Below are positions 62,711 through 64,000 of a DNA stretch of 64,000 nt, in pieces (the stretch's first letter is position 1; the number at the start of each line of letters is the position of its first letter). Origin of the DNA: Eledone cirrhosa (Eukaryota); contig OZ024745.1 of assembly GCA_964016885.1 (NCBI GenBank), forward strand, positions 58,466,001-58,530,000, read 5' to 3'. The position numbers were made by a program, and so were the translations under genes. The notes under the pieces were generated by a model. That model did no database searches. It had not been told where the DNA came from and saw nothing but the letters and a program-made list of their open reading frames with translations.

Positions 62711-63101
62711 CTACTCAAAGATTTTCATCACCTGCCACATATCAACAAAAAGATGTCATCTCAATGTTTCAACATGAAAATAAACTGTAATACTGTAGTG
62801 AATCAACAGCTTGGAACAAACAAATAAACTCTACTATATGTATTGAGTACTTTTACTCCAGTTTGTTAACTCAAATGTGTGTGTAGGAGAGTATATATAT
62901 ATATATATATAATATATATATGTGTATAATTTGAAATGAAAACAAAACAAAGTATTATATAATAAATGAAAAAATATAAATCTGACTAGAATCATTCTAG
63001 TATGGAAGAATATTTAATATAAAAAGAAATGTAGTCATGGATAGAGGGAGGAATAACATTGCATTCTTTTGAGTAAATGTAAGAGACATTACTGACGGGG
63101 C

Positions 63102-63137
<36 letters not shown>

Positions 63138-64000
63138 GTAGTAAACAAGGGAAAGCAACACGAGAGAACAATACAGTACAACAATGGTATATAGTTTATA
63201 TAGTTGGAGCTTTAACATTCCAGATACGAGTACTTTATCAAAAGATGGAAAAAGAGAGAAGAAAGGATGTTTGGGAAACAGAAGCAACAGGTGGAGAGGA
63301 GAAAAAGCATGTCGTAGTTAGACAGCCATCTTAGAAAAGGAAAACCGAATTCAGAACAAAGGTAGATTGTATGTGTGTGTGTGTATATATATATACACAA
63401 ACGTGTGTTTTATGTATGATCATACATAAAGTTCAACCATTTATCGAAAAGTACTCAATACGTATATATAAAGTATAACATTATTTTTTAAACAAAAGAT
63501 TGACAGTAACGTATTCACGGATGGACACACACATAGACATAACTAAAGAAATGATACGGAAGGGCGGGGAGATAACTCTGCAATTTTAAATAAAATAAAG
63601 TTACTCTTGAATGCTTTGAAGATGTGTGCGTGTTTGTGTATGTTTATTTATCTGTATGTTTATGTTTGAATTCTGTTGAGTAGCTGCACGCCAGTCCTGA
63701 CTGAGCAAGCCTATAAGCAAAGGGGTTCCATCCATGACCTCCCTTCTTTATCTTAGGCACAATGCACCGAAAAGCACATTATCGAATGTGTTCATTTTTT
63801 TTTCACAGTTAATGCGTAATTTTAGGGATATCTGGTTGCTATCTCTAGCAGGCCCAGCAACTGCTAAGAGCTTTTGTTTTGTTCTAAGTCTGTTTTATAC
63901 AGTTCCATTTGGTTTTTGTTGTGTTTATTTTTTCCTTTTATCATTTCGTCTTTATAAATATCACATATAGCTCCAAGGTGTTTCACAAAGTCGTCCGAGT

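Overview
Eukaryotic, AT-rich, repeat-dense DNA. The SINE, RTE and microsatellite landscape looks like a coleoid cephalopod, probably an octopus; this is inferred from repeat recognition and not verified. One host gene dominates: PIG-S (GPI transamidase subunit) on the minus strand. I reconstructed 13 coding exons by hand, from the ATG at 47127 down to 8200, all with GT-AG sites and consistent phases; the last exon(s) lie left of the window. Introns and upstream DNA hold two large minisatellites (27 bp and 34 bp units; their long ORFs are artefacts), RTE, CR1, R4-like and CRE non-LTR elements, tRNA-derived SINEs, TTAA (piggyBac-type) and TA (mariner-type) MITEs, and a Helitron. The most unusual items are: (1) a tail-to-tail inverted LTR-PBS-LTR dimer inserted as one unit with a 4-bp TSD (61920-62710); (2) a related, very young non-autonomous LTR element with TG..AA ends and a tRNA-Trp PBS that extends past the m1A58 position with a mismatch exactly there (49540-51615); (3) an antisense, near-identical copy of PIG-S exon 10 inside a downstream intron, a candidate pre-mRNA duplex for editing, skipping or circularisation; (4) a tRNA-like, Penelope-type inverted plus partial-tandem 249-bp element.
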